Assembly: GCA_051652765.1 (NCBI GenBank)
Contig: JBOFUV010000008.1
Span: 9,643-73,642, forward strand
DNA from: Microcoleaceae cyanobacterium
GTDB taxonomy: Bacteria; Cyanobacteriota; Cyanobacteriia; Cyanobacteriales; Microcoleaceae
DNA length: 64,000 nucleotides
Direction: 5' to 3'
In this document: positions 18,482 through 30,936 of the stretch, one piece after another
Layout: every line of letters begins with the position of its first letter
Position numbering within the stretch: the first letter of the stretch is position 1
The notes under the pieces: model-generated
The model's input: only the letters and a program-made list of their open reading frames with translations
Database searches by the model: none
Told to the model about the DNA's origin: nothing
Position numbers and translations under genes: made by a program

Positions 18482-18554
18482 GGGATGTCCCGTGCTGATT
18501 GGAAAACCCTGTATCTGAATTTTTGGTCAGTAGCCATTTGGGAAACCTTTGGCT

Positions 18555-20126
18555 CTAAGCACCTAAGGTATAGAGAAATCCATCTCGGCTACAGATGATA
18601 ATTTTTCCATCCCAGACCACTGGTGTCGATTCAAAGGAGATGCCCGGTTTGAAATGTCCGGCTTGTTCTACTTTGAGTTGATAGAATTCTCGTTGAGAAT
18701 TTGGAATAGCCTTAGGGTTATTTGAATCTGACTTCTCCCAAAAAAGATTGAATAAATAGACCCCATTGTATCCTGCTGTTACAAGTTTATAGCCATCGGT
18801 AAAGATTGGTGTAGAAATAGAGGCTCCAATTTTTTGCTTAAACAAAACTACAGGAGTTTCATGGGTTCTAGTAAGTAACGGGCCTTTAACTTTTTCTCCC
18901 GTTGTTATCTCCTGAGACGCGATATATAAATTTCCATCAATCGCATTTGTGGCAAACACGGCTGGATAATTCTCAACGTTATATTCATCATTTAAAGCCA
19001 CTGAACCAATAATTCCCCCTTTCCAACTCCCCACTCTAGAATCACCCGTCGGTAAAAACCATTCAACACTTTCTGCTGGAGACTGATCAGGATTGAGTTT
19101 GATCACCCCGCCTTTGCCCGGAATATATTCTTTTTCAATGGCACAAAATAATTTCCCAGACTTGGAAATTGCCACAGTTCCATCTAAATCTGATCCAGTA
19201 TAAAAATCCCAAACAATTTCCTGACGAGTCAAATCAATTCCATAAATATGTCCTGAACCTGAAGCCAGAAAAATCCGATTATCCAAACGTGAGGGAGAGG
19301 CTTCACTGACTAAATTTCCCCCATGACGACTTTGGTCGCGGGCTTCATAGAGTTTAACTTCTCCTAATACTTCGGGTTGCAAAAATCCCGATCTTGAACT
19401 TGCAGCTTGAGTGGAACGATTGAGAAAATAGCCAATCCCATTTTCCCCCGCGTTAAAAATTCTGCCATCCCCTAAATCCAAAGCAGTGCTGTCATTATCT
19501 TGGCTGTAAGATGCCATTTTCCGAATATTGAGCTTCCAAATTTCTTGCCCCGTTCTAAAGGAAATTGCCCGAAAACTCGGAGCCATTCCTTGTTTGGGTC
19601 GTCCTGTGCGGCTCCCTTGGAGAATGACAATTTGGTTTTCTGGGCTGGCTGTTTCGTCGATATAAACACTGGAGGAACCTTTGATCACATCTCCAAATTT
19701 ATAACGCCAAATTTCCTCATTGGTTTCAAAGTCAATCTTTCTTAAGTGGTGATCGTAGGCTCCAACAACCAGATAGATTCTGCCTTGATCTCGGGTAATC
19801 GTCGGTTGTCCTGTCCAACCTGCCCCACTCCAGACTTTGCGAGTACTACCCACATAAGTCACTCCAGTTCCTAAGGGAAACTGTTGTAAAACATTCAATC
19901 CTTGGGGAATTCCTCTGCCGTAATATCGTCGCTGAGGATTGCCCAAATAGGTAGGAACTAATAAATCAGTTCCAGTACTAATATAATCAACTAAATGATT
20001 AAAATATGTTTGTAGTTTTTCCTCAGGAACTTGAATGTTAAAAAGGCGCAGTAGGGTTGAAGGGAATAGAACACCTAAGGCAAATTGTAAAGAATGTTGA
20101 TTAAACTGTCGTCGAGATAGCATCAT
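18555..20126 (-). CDS. Exported PQQ-like beta-propeller protein
   Basis: SRRQF twin-arginine-like N-terminus; repeated W-x-F/Y blades; ESTPVVWDG...DGFLY end. Confidence 0.65.
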   Translation of the reverse strand: MMLSRRQFNQHSLQFALGVLFPSTLLRLFNIQVPEEKLQTYFNHLVDYISTGTDLLVPTYLGNPQRRYYGRGIPQGLNVLQQFPLGTGVTYVGSTRKVWSGAGWTGQPTITRDQGRIYLVVGAYDHHLRKIDFETNEEIWRYKFGDVIKGSSSVYIDETASPENQIVILQGSRTGRPKQGMAPSFRAISFRTGQEIWKLNIRKMASYSQDNDSTALDLGDGRIFNAGENGIGYFLNRSTQAASSRSGFLQPEVLGEVKLYEARDQSRHGGNLVSEASPSRLDNRIFLASGSGHIYGIDLTRQEIVWDFYTGSDLDGTVAISKSGKLFCAIEKEYIPGKGGVIKLNPDQSPAESVEWFLPTGDSRVGSWKGGIIGSVALNDEYNVENYPAVFATNAIDGNLYIASQEITTGEKVKGPLLTRTHETPVVLFKQKIGASISTPIFTDGYKLVTAGYNGVYLFNLFWEKSDSNNPKAIPNSQREFYQLKVEQAGHFKPGISFESTPVVWDGKIIICSRDGFLYTLGA

Positions 20127-20326
20127 TAAGCACCTCATTTTATCCTAAGCAATCCTGATTAAACCATGAATTCCAAGAAGTTCTTATGGTTAAAAAAGTT
20201 ATATGCAATCTGATTTAAACCGTGAACGGGGAGTAGGCATCTTGCCCATGCAGGCTTTTAGCCTACACTACAGACATCTCATAAACTATTACTAATTACT
20301 ACATAGGTTCACTGACCTGCATAGGA

Positions 20327-21475
20327 TCAAAAGTCTTCAGTTGCATCAGTGGCAGGATTGTCTGTCTGGGGAGCAAGCCAATCCGCAAATTCCTCAGAAA
20401 AGCGATCGCCCAAAATCGCCGTTCGAATCCGCTGCGTAAACCGAATTAACTCAGTGACGTTGTGAATACTCAGTAAGGTGTAACCCAACAGTTCCTGGGA
20501 TCGAATCAAATGGCCCAAATAAGCCCGACTAAAGTGATGGCAGGTATAGCAAGGGCAAGTTTCATCTAGGGGGCGAAAATCCTCTCGAAATTGAGCATTC
20601 TTGAGGTTCCATCGCTTGCCTTGAATTAGGGCAGAGCCATGACGCGCCAGTCGAGTTGGAATCACACAGTCGAACAGGTCAATGCCAGCGGCGATCGCCT
20701 GGGCCATCTCCCGATGAGTGCCCACCCCCATCAAATAGCGAGGCTTAGACTCCGGCAACCAGGGGGTAGTCACCTGAACAATTTTTTCAATCAGTTCGAC
20801 GGGTTCTCCCACGCTGACCCCTCCAATGGCGTAGCCCGGTAAATCAAGCTGCGACAATTGCTGGGCAGCGGCGGCCCGCAAATCAGGATAAACTCCCCCC
20901 TGCACAATTCCAAACAGGGCTTGATCCGAGCGTTGATGGGCCCCAACGCAGCGCTCTAGCCAGCGATAGGTTCGCTCCGTGGCGTTGAAGACGTGTTCTC
21001 GACTCGCTGGATAGGGAGGACATTCATCAAAGGCCATGATCACATCTGCCCCAAGCTGGTTCTGAATTTGAATCGATCGTTCCGGGGTGAGGTGAATCAT
21101 CTGACCGTCATGGGGCGAGCGAAACGTAACTCCTTCCTCGTTAATCGTCCGCATTTCACTCAAGCTAAAAACCTGAAACCCACCCGAATCTGTGAGAATT
21201 GGCCCTGGCCAAGCCATGAAGCGGTGCAATCCTCCAGCGGCAGCGACAATTTTCTCTCCGGGCTGCAGATGCAGATGATAAGTGTTTGCTAGCACCATCT
21301 GGGCTCCTGCCGCCTCAAGCTGGGCTGGGGTGAGGGTCTTGACAGTTGCCAAAGTTCCTACAGGCATAAATCGCGGCGTTTCAACTATCCCATGGGGGGT
21401 TGAGAACACACCCACACGCGCTTGGGTTTGGCTACAGCGAGCCTGAACTTTGAACTCAAAATGATTCGGCATCAA
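20327..21475 (-). CDS. tgt: tRNA-guanine(34) transglycosylase
   Basis: FMPVGT, TDSGGFQ, DCVIPTR, CxCxxC zinc site. Confidence 0.96.
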   Translation of the reverse strand: MMPNHFEFKVQARCSQTQARVGVFSTPHGIVETPRFMPVGTLATVKTLTPAQLEAAGAQMVLANTYHLHLQPGEKIVAAAGGLHRFMAWPGPILTDSGGFQVFSLSEMRTINEEGVTFRSPHDGQMIHLTPERSIQIQNQLGADVIMAFDECPPYPASREHVFNATERTYRWLERCVGAHQRSDQALFGIVQGGVYPDLRAAAAQQLSQLDLPGYAIGGVSVGEPVELIEKIVQVTTPWLPESKPRYLMGVGTHREMAQAIAAGIDLFDCVIPTRLARHGSALIQGKRWNLKNAQFREDFRPLDETCPCYTCHHFSRAYLGHLIRSQELLGYTLLSIHNVTELIRFTQRIRTAILGDRFSEEFADWLAPQTDNPATDATEDF

Positions 21476-21517
21476 AGGTTTGACATCAAGCTAGCAATTC
21501 GGGATGGGCAGGAAAAC

Positions 21518-21976
21518 TTAGAATGAGCAGTCATCCTCAGGCTGAGTCTCCCAATTGCCAGATAAAACCTGATCCATTACCGCATCCAGCGCTGCTGCGT
21601 TAAAGTTGCGAACCACTTGATCTTGACCTTGATCTTGAAGCGGATGAGACTGAGGAATCAATCTGAGCACCCGACTATCTTGAATCAGATCAAAATAGGT
21701 CTCTCGGTCAGGGGACTGCTTTAACTCTAAATAATCAAAGCTACAAACATTCAAGTAAAGAGAGTGATTGGCAACTAAGGTTGCTTGATATTGGTCAGAA
21801 AATACCTCAAGGATGTAGCCATTTCCCTCCGCTTGCACTTGTCCATCTTGAATATGCGAGTAGCAAACACGACCCAAATCGGCCAGCAGTTTTTGCATAT
21901 CCCGCTTATTCACCACAATACCTGAATCAACAATGCAAGGGGCAGATGCCCTAAAATTTACCTGATCATAACTCAT
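21518..21976 (-). CDS. Hypothetical protein
   Basis: Plausible ATG at 21976 (MSYDQ); co-oriented with tgt; no recognised motif. Confidence 0.6.
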   Translation of the reverse strand: MSYDQVNFRASAPCIVDSGIVVNKRDMQKLLADLGRVCYSHIQDGQVQAEGNGYILEVFSDQYQATLVANHSLYLNVCSFDYLELKQSPDRETYFDLIQDSRVLRLIPQSHPLQDQGQDQVVRNFNAAALDAVMDQVLSGNWETQPEDDCSF

Positions 21977-22398
21977 GGGATCAAAGCCTCTGGTGTAATT
22001 AAAGCTCCACCTAGAACTCCCACCCAACTTAGTGAAATACTTGTGAGAATTCATACTCGTTGGAACCCCTTCACCCCTAGTGTATACGAATTCAACCCGA
22101 AAGTTATTGATTTCACTGGGACAAAATTCTCTGTTCCATCGCGTCAAGATCAAGCAAGATCCGTTAGTTTAAGTAAACTTTAGTACTACAAAACTCTCAG
22201 TGAATTCGTTCAAGTTAAAAGCTTAGATATCATCCCAAAAGGATTAGAGCATTTTCTTTTAAAAGAAGAAGGACAGGAATTAGAGAAAAAATTGATACAC
22301 GGCAAACACGATATGTCATTCTTTAAACTCCTCCTGTAACAAACAAGAGGAGTTGAATTGTAAGCCAGTATTACTTAGGCTTCTAGCTAGGCTTCTAG

Positions 22399-23601
22399 TT
22401 AGGCTTCATCTAGGGCTGCGATTCCAGGAAGTTCTTTGCCTTCTAGTAATTCTAGACTTGCGCCACCCCCTGTAGAAATATGGCTCATTTGTTCGCCTAG
22501 GCCGAGTTGTTCGACCGCAGCAACAGAATCTCCACCCCCAATGATGGTAACTGTCCCTGTTCCCGTCAGTTCTGCTAGGGTTCGGGCGATCGCCTCTGTG
22601 CCTTTAGCAAATTTTTCCATCTCAAATACACCCATAGGGCCGTTCCAGATTACGGTTTTGCAATCCGCTAGGGCCTCTTGAAAAACCTTCACAGAGTCAG
22701 GGCCAATATCTAGACCCATCCAACCGTCGGGAATCGCTTCAACGCTAACGGTTTGAGCATTGGCATCGGGGGCAAAATTATCCGCCACGATCACATCTGT
22801 CGGGAGCAACATGGCAACCCCTTTTTCCTTGGCTTTTGCTTCCAGGGATCGGGCCAGTTCGATTTTGTCATCTTCCACTAGGGATTTGCCAACGTTCAGA
22901 CCCCGAGCCTTGTAGAACGTGAAGATCATGCCGCCGCCCAGCAGCAGTTTGTCACACTTGTCCAACAACGCCTCGATCACCCCAATCTTGGAGGATACCT
23001 TGGAGCCTCCGATAATGGCAGCTAGAGGACGTTTGGGTTCATCAATTGCCCCTTGTAGAAATTGCAGCTCCTTCTCAATCAAGTACCCTGCGACAGAGGG
23101 ACGGAGGTATTGAGTAACCCCTTCAGTAGACGCATGGGCCCGGTGAGCAGTTCCAAAGGCATCATTCACGTACAGGTCAGCCACGGAGGCAAGCTGTTGG
23201 GTGAATTCAGGATCATTCTCTTCCTCGCCCTCATAAAAGCGGACGTTTTCGAGTAAAACAACGTCTCCGTTACTCATAGCCGCGACCGTTGCAGCAACGT
23301 CTGCGCCAATACAATCGTCACATTTTGTAACGGTTTTACCCAATAGTTCTGACAATCGCACAGCGACCGGAGTCAACCGCATGGATTCATTCACCTGGCC
23401 TTTGGGACGGCCAAAGTGGCTGGTGAGGATGACTTTTGCGCCTTTTGAGGTCAAGTCGTTAATCGTAGGCAGGGCGGCGCGAATCCGGGTATCATCTGTA
23501 ATAGTGCCATTATCAATGGGTACGTTGAAGTCCGCCCGTACCAGTACCTTTTTGCCGGATAGATCTGCTGCTGATAAGTTTGCTATCGTTTTCTTTGCCA
23601 C
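22399..23601 (-). CDS. pgk: Phosphoglycerate kinase
   Basis: [39 protein letters not shown] start after GGAGG. Confidence 0.97.
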   Translation of the reverse strand: MAKKTIANLSAADLSGKKVLVRADFNVPIDNGTITDDTRIRAALPTINDLTSKGAKVILTSHFGRPKGQVNESMRLTPVAVRLSELLGKTVTKCDDCIGADVAATVAAMSNGDVVLLENVRFYEGEEENDPEFTQQLASVADLYVNDAFGTAHRAHASTEGVTQYLRPSVAGYLIEKELQFLQGAIDEPKRPLAAIIGGSKVSSKIGVIEALLDKCDKLLLGGGMIFTFYKARGLNVGKSLVEDDKIELARSLEAKAKEKGVAMLLPTDVIVADNFAPDANAQTVSVEAIPDGWMGLDIGPDSVKVFQEALADCKTVIWNGPMGVFEMEKFAKGTEAIARTLAELTGTGTVTIIGGGDSVAAVEQLGLGEQMSHISTGGGASLELLEGKELPGIAALDEA

Positions 23602-23743
23602 TGGACTAACCTCCACTATGATTCTTATGGTTTAACGCTGACTAAATTTGGGCGGAACTAGTGACTGAAGAGATGGCGTTGATCCCATCAATACCGTTCA
23701 CCGTAAACATTTTACCGGAGTCTGTGTCCCGGAGACGTGCACT

Positions 23744-24160
23744 ATGTTCAAGACAATTTTGTTCCCTGTTGATCAAAGTCGTGAAGCCCGTGAGGCAGCG
23801 GATGTTGCCCTGAACCTGGTGAAAACCTATCAGGCGAGTTTAGTGATCTTGGCTGTAATAGAGCCAAGTGAAATCGAAGCTGGCCAAGAGCCCCATTCTG
23901 AACCCATGACATCCCCAGAAACGGTTGGTCAATTGTTGCAGGAGGCTCAGTCCATGTTTACTGAAGCTGGCGTTCAAGCAAAACTGATGGAACGGGAAGG
24001 CAAGCCTGCGTTTACAATCTGTGATGTTGCCGATGAAATTGAAGCAGATTTGATTGTGATTGGGAGTCGTGGAACAGGGCTAACGGAGGAGGGGGCTGCT
24101 GATAGTGTGACCAACCGCATTATTAATTTATCGCCTTGTCCAGTTCTAGTAGTGCCTTGA
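23744..24160 (+). CDS. Universal stress protein
   Basis: FKTILFPVD, ADLIVIGSRG, CPVLVVP. Confidence 0.92.
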   Translation: MFKTILFPVDQSREAREAADVALNLVKTYQASLVILAVIEPSEIEAGQEPHSEPMTSPETVGQLLQEAQSMFTEAGVQAKLMEREGKPAFTICDVADEIEADLIVIGSRGTGLTEEGAADSVTNRIINLSPCPVLVVP

Positions 24161-24212
24161 GGGTCGGCTTGTTGTTGATGATGAGTCATTGATGATGAGT
24201 CATGAGTGACTG

Positions 24213-24320
24213 TAGCAATCCTAAATCAATTACAAAACAATTAAAGCGGAGTTTGGGGACGTTGCCTCTTCTTGGGGGCAACGTCCTCACTCTGTTCATA
24301 GGTCATTCGAGATTGTGATA
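24213..24320. mobile_element. MITE-like dispersed repeat, copy 1
   Basis: TAGCAATCCTAAATCA left end, GATTGTGATA right end; core GGAGTTTGGGGAC..TGCC..GGCAACG shared with 40530-40698. Confidence 0.55.
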
Positions 24321-24421
24321 GTCATTGATGATGAGCCATTCGTTATGATTGGGTGAGTTAGGGGTCGGGAATTAGGAATATTCCCTATTTCCTAGCTCCT
24401 ATTCTGCATTTGTCATTTCTT

Positions 24422-25258
24422 ATGAGTATTCAATGGTATCCCGGTCATATTGCCAAAGCCGAACGGGATTTGAAAGAACAACTCAAGCGCGTAGATGTCA
24501 TCCTGGAAGTTCGGGATGCCCGAATTCCGCTGGCGACTTATCATCCTCAAGTGCCGAACTGGGTTGGAGACAAGGCCAAGGTCTTAGTGATTAATCGCAT
24601 GGATATGATTCCGGCGGACATCAAGCAACGGTGGCAAGACTGGTTTGGAATTCGTGGAGAAACGCCATACTTTACCAATGCCCAACAGGGTCAAGGGGTT
24701 GAGGCGGTTTCTCAAGCGACACAACAGGCGGGTGAACAGATGAACCAAAGGCGGCGGAGCCGGGGAATGATGCCCCGTGCTGTGCGGGCTGTTGTCATTG
24801 GCTTTCCCAACGTGGGTAAATCTGCTTTGATCAATCGATTGCTCAAACGGCGGGTCGTTGACAGTGCTAGACGGGCAGGGATCACCCGTTCCCTGCGCTG
24901 GGTGAGAATCTCTAAAACCTTGGAGCTGTTAGACGCGCCAGGGGTCATTCCCTCCCAAATGGCAGATCAAGAGAATGCACTCAAACTAGCAATTTGTGAA
25001 GATATTGGAGAAGCGGCCTATGAAAATCAAAGGGTTGCTGTTGAAATGGTGGAACTATTTAAGCAACTCAGTCTAGAGCAAAAATTGGGCGATCGCTATC
25101 ACGTTGATTCAAGTTCAATGACCGCAGAATCCTATCTTCATCACTTGGCCCAAGAACGGTATCAAGATGACATTGAACGAGCCGCCAGACAATTGCTCAA
25201 TGATTTTCGGAAGGGATTGTTGGGAGCCGTTGCTCTAGAACTTCCTCCTGGAAATTAA
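24422..25258 (+). CDS. ylqF: Ribosome biogenesis GTPase YlqF/RbgA
   Basis: IQWYPGH, DARIP, GFPNVGKS, DAPG. Confidence 0.95.
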   Translation: MSIQWYPGHIAKAERDLKEQLKRVDVILEVRDARIPLATYHPQVPNWVGDKAKVLVINRMDMIPADIKQRWQDWFGIRGETPYFTNAQQGQGVEAVSQATQQAGEQMNQRRRSRGMMPRAVRAVVIGFPNVGKSALINRLLKRRVVDSARRAGITRSLRWVRISKTLELLDAPGVIPSQMADQENALKLAICEDIGEAAYENQRVAVEMVELFKQLSLEQKLGDRYHVDSSSMTAESYLHHLAQERYQDDIERAARQLLNDFRKGLLGAVALELPPGN

Positions 25259-25534
25259 GAGTTTTAATAGATCAAGAATGAGAATTATGGAGCGCTCCCT
25301 TAAATTCCCCATGCCGCACTTCCAGAGATTCTCCGGTGAGAAAGAATTGTTCTAAGGCGATCGCTACTCACAGTTGCTGAATTCTGACCGATATTTCGCC
25401 GTTCCAACACATCAAGAAATACAAAAACTTGATAATAGTTGTTCCAACAAAGCCTGATTTCTTAGTTTTAGAAATCTAAGCCCTCCCCGTTAAGAATCTT
25501 AGAGATCTCAACTGGCAATCTTGACCTGAATGCA

Positions 25535-26452
25535 ATGACAAATTCTGCCGTGTTGGAAAACTTTCGAGGTGAATTTGCTGCCCTAACGGCTGCATTTCTC
25601 TGGTCAATTGCTTCAGTGGTTTACAGTCAGCTCGGCCAAAAGATTCCGCCGATTGGCCTGAATCTAGTCAAAGGCGTGATCGCTCTTGGGTTCTTGGGAC
25701 TCACCCTCCTCATCCAGGGAAAAAACTTCCCAACCGTTGGGGGTATAGCAGTCAATTTACTTTTACTCAGTGGACTAATCGGCATTGGGATTGGCGACAG
25801 TGCTTATTTTGCTACGTTGAATTGTTTGGGGCCGCGACGGGCTTTGTTGATGGAAACCTTGGCCCCGCCGTTAACGGCAATTCTTGCCTTCATTTTTTTG
25901 CAAGAACGATTGTCCCTGATGGGATGGGGCGGCATTTTATTAACGGTGTTGGGGGTCGCTTGGGTGGTAACAGAACGGGTCACGATCGGTACCGTACCCA
26001 GCGCCAATCAATTTCAAGGATTGGGTTATGGGTTGATTGCCGAATTTTGTCAGGCCATAGGGGCTATCCTCTCTCACTATGCCTTGACTCAAACAGCGAT
26101 TAGTCCGCTGTGGAGTACGTTTCTGAGATTATCTGGAGGCGTTGTTGTTCTATTCTTGTGGTTACTGGCTCGTCCGACCAACCTACAACGATTACTGCCT
26201 CCGCTCCTTTCCTGGCGAGTCGTTGGGATTATTTCTCTGGCTACCTTTTTGGGCACCTATCTGGGAATCTGGCTGCAACAAACTGCATTTAAATTCACGG
26301 CAGCGGGCATTGCCCAAGCCCTATGTTCAACGAGTCCGCTATTTGTATTGCCTATTGCCGTCTGGATGGGCGATCACGTCAGTTCAAGGGCAATCCTAGG
26401 GGCTTTAGTCGCAGTTGTCGGAGTGATTCTCCTATTTCAAGGAGCAAACTGA
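25535..26452 (+). CDS. DMT/EamA family transporter
   Basis: About 10 TM segments in two EamA repeats. Confidence 0.85.
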   Translation: MTNSAVLENFRGEFAALTAAFLWSIASVVYSQLGQKIPPIGLNLVKGVIALGFLGLTLLIQGKNFPTVGGIAVNLLLLSGLIGIGIGDSAYFATLNCLGPRRALLMETLAPPLTAILAFIFLQERLSLMGWGGILLTVLGVAWVVTERVTIGTVPSANQFQGLGYGLIAEFCQAIGAILSHYALTQTAISPLWSTFLRLSGGVVVLFLWLLARPTNLQRLLPPLLSWRVVGIISLATFLGTYLGIWLQQTAFKFTAAGIAQALCSTSPLFVLPIAVWMGDHVSSRAILGALVAVVGVILLFQGAN

Positions 26453-26456
26453 GTGA

Positions 26457-28010
<1,554 letters not shown>

Positions 28011-28056
28011 GACTCAGCACCTGCGGGGTTGGAAGTTTGAACAGAACGTCCAACTC

Positions 28057-28106
28057 CAAAGTTCAACCTTCAAAGTTCAACCTTCAAAGGTCAACCTCCA
28101 AGGTTC
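28057..28106. repeat. 14-bp tandem repeat (CAAAGTTCAACCTT), about 3.5 copies
   Basis: Read directly in the atpD-atpC spacer, next to a hairpin at 28025-28057. Confidence 0.8.
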
Positions 28107-28157
28107 CAAACGTCGTGACTGCGACTGTTTAACTTTTGTATTGATAACCTTCAACCT

Positions 28158-28565
28158 ATGGCACTAACCGTTCGAGTCATTTCCCCTAACAAAACCGTTT
28201 GGGATGGCCAAGCAGATGAAGTCATTCTTCCCAGCACAACAGGGCAACTGGGAATCTTAGCCGGTCACGCGCCAATGTTAACTGCCCTTGATACCGGCGT
28301 AATGCGGTTACGAACTAAGAATGAGTGGGTTCCAATCGTATTGCTCGGTGGGTTTGCAGAAATTGAAGAAGATGAAGTTACGGTTTTGGTAAACGGAGCA
28401 GAGCCCGGTAGTAATATCGATTTGGAAACAGCTCGTACTGCTTATACCAATGCCCAAGCTGCCTTAACAAAATCCGAGACCGGAACTCAGCAGGAAAAAA
28501 TCAAAGCTAAAAATTCAGTTAAGCGAGCTAGGGCTAGGTTTCAAGCTGCAGGTGGCTTAGTTTAG
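28158..28565 (+). CDS. atpC: F1 ATP synthase epsilon subunit
   Basis: [16 protein letters not shown]; follows the beta subunit. Confidence 0.96.
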   Translation: MALTVRVISPNKTVWDGQADEVILPSTTGQLGILAGHAPMLTALDTGVMRLRTKNEWVPIVLLGGFAEIEEDEVTVLVNGAEPGSNIDLETARTAYTNAQAALTKSETGTQQEKIKAKNSVKRARARFQAAGGLV

Positions 28566-28941
28566 ATCTAGTTAGTTTAGATCTAGTCACTGTTTGTTAC
28601 CATGATTTTTAATGGAGACTTTCTGTAGAAGGTTTCTATGGCACTCTCAAATCATTCATGAGGTGGGATTTGGGCATGTTTTCCCTGCTTTGGGACAAAT
28701 TTCCCAAACCCGCTTTGATTTTTTAACTTATTTTCTTAATTTATTTTTCTTAACTTATTTTTTGTAATTTATGTTTGTAACGTATTGCTGTAATTGATAT
28801 TCGTAACTTATTTAAAATTGCCCTATCATTTTGGCGGTTGGTGATTGGTTAGTATGCTCCACAACTGACAACTTTCCCAGATCACGGCGGAGAATATAGG
28901 GCTTAGCCGCTGCACTGCAAGGGGAAGTAATCCCCCTGAAT

Positions 28942-30207
28942 TTACAAATTCGGGCCAACCAAAGAGAGATAAGGCTCCATCCCAAAGTAACGTTGGGCAG
29001 CGGTATGGGCTTCAGCGGTTGTAACCTGAGCAATGTCAGCTTGAAACTGAGTATCAAATTCCAGCCCCAACCCTAGAATTTCGTACCAGCCATAAATTTG
29101 CGCGAGTTGACCATTCGTTTGTTTTCCTAGGGCATACTGGCCCAGTAGTTTGTTTTTCGCAACTTGGAGTTCATCTTCAGTCAAAGGGGCCGCCACCAAC
29201 CGTTCAACTTCAGTCCGTAAACCCTCCGTGGCGATCGCCGTATTCTCAGGGGCAGTGCCGATATAAACGACAAACTGGGATTCATCTAAACGGGTGGGAT
29301 AAAAGGCGGAAACATCATAGGCCAGCCCTCGCTTTTCCCGTAATTCCACAAACAGACGGCTTGATAATCCATTGCCAAGGTAAGTGTTCAAGAGCTTGAG
29401 AGCCAGATAATCTGGATGATGTACAGAACTGGCAAGGTAACCCAGCATAATCACAGATTGCTGAGTGGGTCGAGATAGGGTTACGGTTTGGGGGTTCGGA
29501 ATGACAGCGGCCAGGTTTAATTCTGGCAAAGCGATGTCAGGAATCGGCCAATCCCCAAAAATCTGTTCAACTTTCTCTAGGGCAAAATCTACAGTAATTC
29601 GACCTGCGATAGACAAAATCACGTTGTCTGGGCGAAAGTAGGTTTGGTGGTAGGCTTGTACGTCAGCTCGACTCAACTGAGCAACGGTTTCTTCTGTTCC
29701 CAGGCTGGATAGGGCGTAAGGATGATCTTGGTACATCATTTGCCGCAACTGTTCAAAGGCAATGGAAAAGGGTTGTTCTTGCTGAGATCGGATGCCTTGA
29801 ATGGTAATGCGACGTTCCAGCTCAATTTCTGCTTCCGGAAAGGAGGGCGATCGCAATAGTTCTGCTGCTAAACTAAGAACTTCACCAAAATCTGCCGAGA
29901 CGGTTTTCAAGCTGATCAAAAAGTAGTCATTGGCTGCATCTGCACTGAGTCGTGCGCCAATAGATTCTACCCGCTCTGCAATTTCTAAAGAAGAGAGCTG
30001 TTCTGTTCCTTTGGTCATTACAGTTGCCAGTAGATGGGAGACTCCTGCTTGTTCTCGACTTTCCCAGCGGCTCCCTGTCCGGAGAAAAATCCGAGCTGAT
30101 ACAATATCTGCGGCTGGGTTTTCTGTTACCAACAACACCAAACCATTGGGCAGAACTTGACGATGAACGTGTTGATGAAGCGTAGATTGACTTAGAGTTT
30201 GAGTCAC
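28942..30207 (-). CDS. M16 peptidase family, non-catalytic-type subunit
   Basis: LPNGL, SSRLFVELREKRGLAY; HXXEH replaced by HLLAT; probable GTG start at 30207. Confidence 0.85.
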   Translation of the reverse strand: MTQTLSQSTLHQHVHRQVLPNGLVLLVTENPAADIVSARIFLRTGSRWESREQAGVSHLLATVMTKGTEQLSSLEIAERVESIGARLSADAANDYFLISLKTVSADFGEVLSLAAELLRSPSFPEAEIELERRITIQGIRSQQEQPFSIAFEQLRQMMYQDHPYALSSLGTEETVAQLSRADVQAYHQTYFRPDNVILSIAGRITVDFALEKVEQIFGDWPIPDIALPELNLAAVIPNPQTVTLSRPTQQSVIMLGYLASSVHHPDYLALKLLNTYLGNGLSSRLFVELREKRGLAYDVSAFYPTRLDESQFVVYIGTAPENTAIATEGLRTEVERLVAAPLTEDELQVAKNKLLGQYALGKQTNGQLAQIYGWYEILGLGLEFDTQFQADIAQVTTAEAHTAAQRYFGMEPYLSLVGPNL

Positions 30208-30268
30208 AGTTTGATCAGTTAATTTCAAGGACAGATTATCAGGTTTTAGCACAGCTCTTCTAGTTCGA

Positions 30269-30871
30269 TCAGTCAATTTTCTCACCACTGAGAATAAACA
30301 TGGGATTTACGGCTTCAAAGGTTTGGTGACTGCCTCGCCGTTCCAAACGATTAATTGAGGATTGCACCACTTCAACACCCCGAACGTGCAACTCCGCAAA
30401 CCCCTCAGAAATACTGTAAAGACTTTCGAGATTGGAAGCTGTCGCCACAATCCTTCCCCCTGGCTGGAGCCGATGCCAGACTTCGGTCAAAATGGCTTTG
30501 ATCGCTTTGCCCCCCTCTAGACAGACTCGATGGGGTGCATCCGGCAAATCCTTGAGACATTCAGGGGCGCTGCCTTCGATCACATCAACGTTTGTGACTT
30601 CAAAGCGATCGCAATTTTTGCGGATCAGGCTGGCAACTTCCTCATCCCGTTCAACTGCGATAATCCGACCTTGGGGACAGAGTAATCCTGTTTCTACTGG
30701 AATCGTACCTGTGCCTGCACCAATATCCCAGACAATAGAATCCCGTTGAAGCCGCAAACAGGAGATCAACAACAACCGCACCTCTCGTTTGCTCAAGGGA
30801 ATTCCGGGAAGCCGTTCAAATAGTTCATCTGGAATGCCGGGAGTGATATAGGGCCAGAGTTTAGAAGGCAT
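30269..30871 (-). CDS. cbiT: Precorrin-6B C15-methyltransferase (decarboxylating)
   Basis: GIPDELF, SKREVR, WDIGAGTG, GSAPE. Confidence 0.9.
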   Translation of the reverse strand: MPSKLWPYITPGIPDELFERLPGIPLSKREVRLLLISCLRLQRDSIVWDIGAGTGTIPVETGLLCPQGRIIAVERDEEVASLIRKNCDRFEVTNVDVIEGSAPECLKDLPDAPHRVCLEGGKAIKAILTEVWHRLQPGGRIVATASNLESLYSISEGFAELHVRGVEVVQSSINRLERRGSHQTFEAVNPMFILSGEKID

Positions 30872-30936
30872 AGCTAAGTAGGGGGTTAGGGATGGGTCTA
30901 CTTCGTTAGTCTAATCGGTAGGAATAAAGGTTCTAA

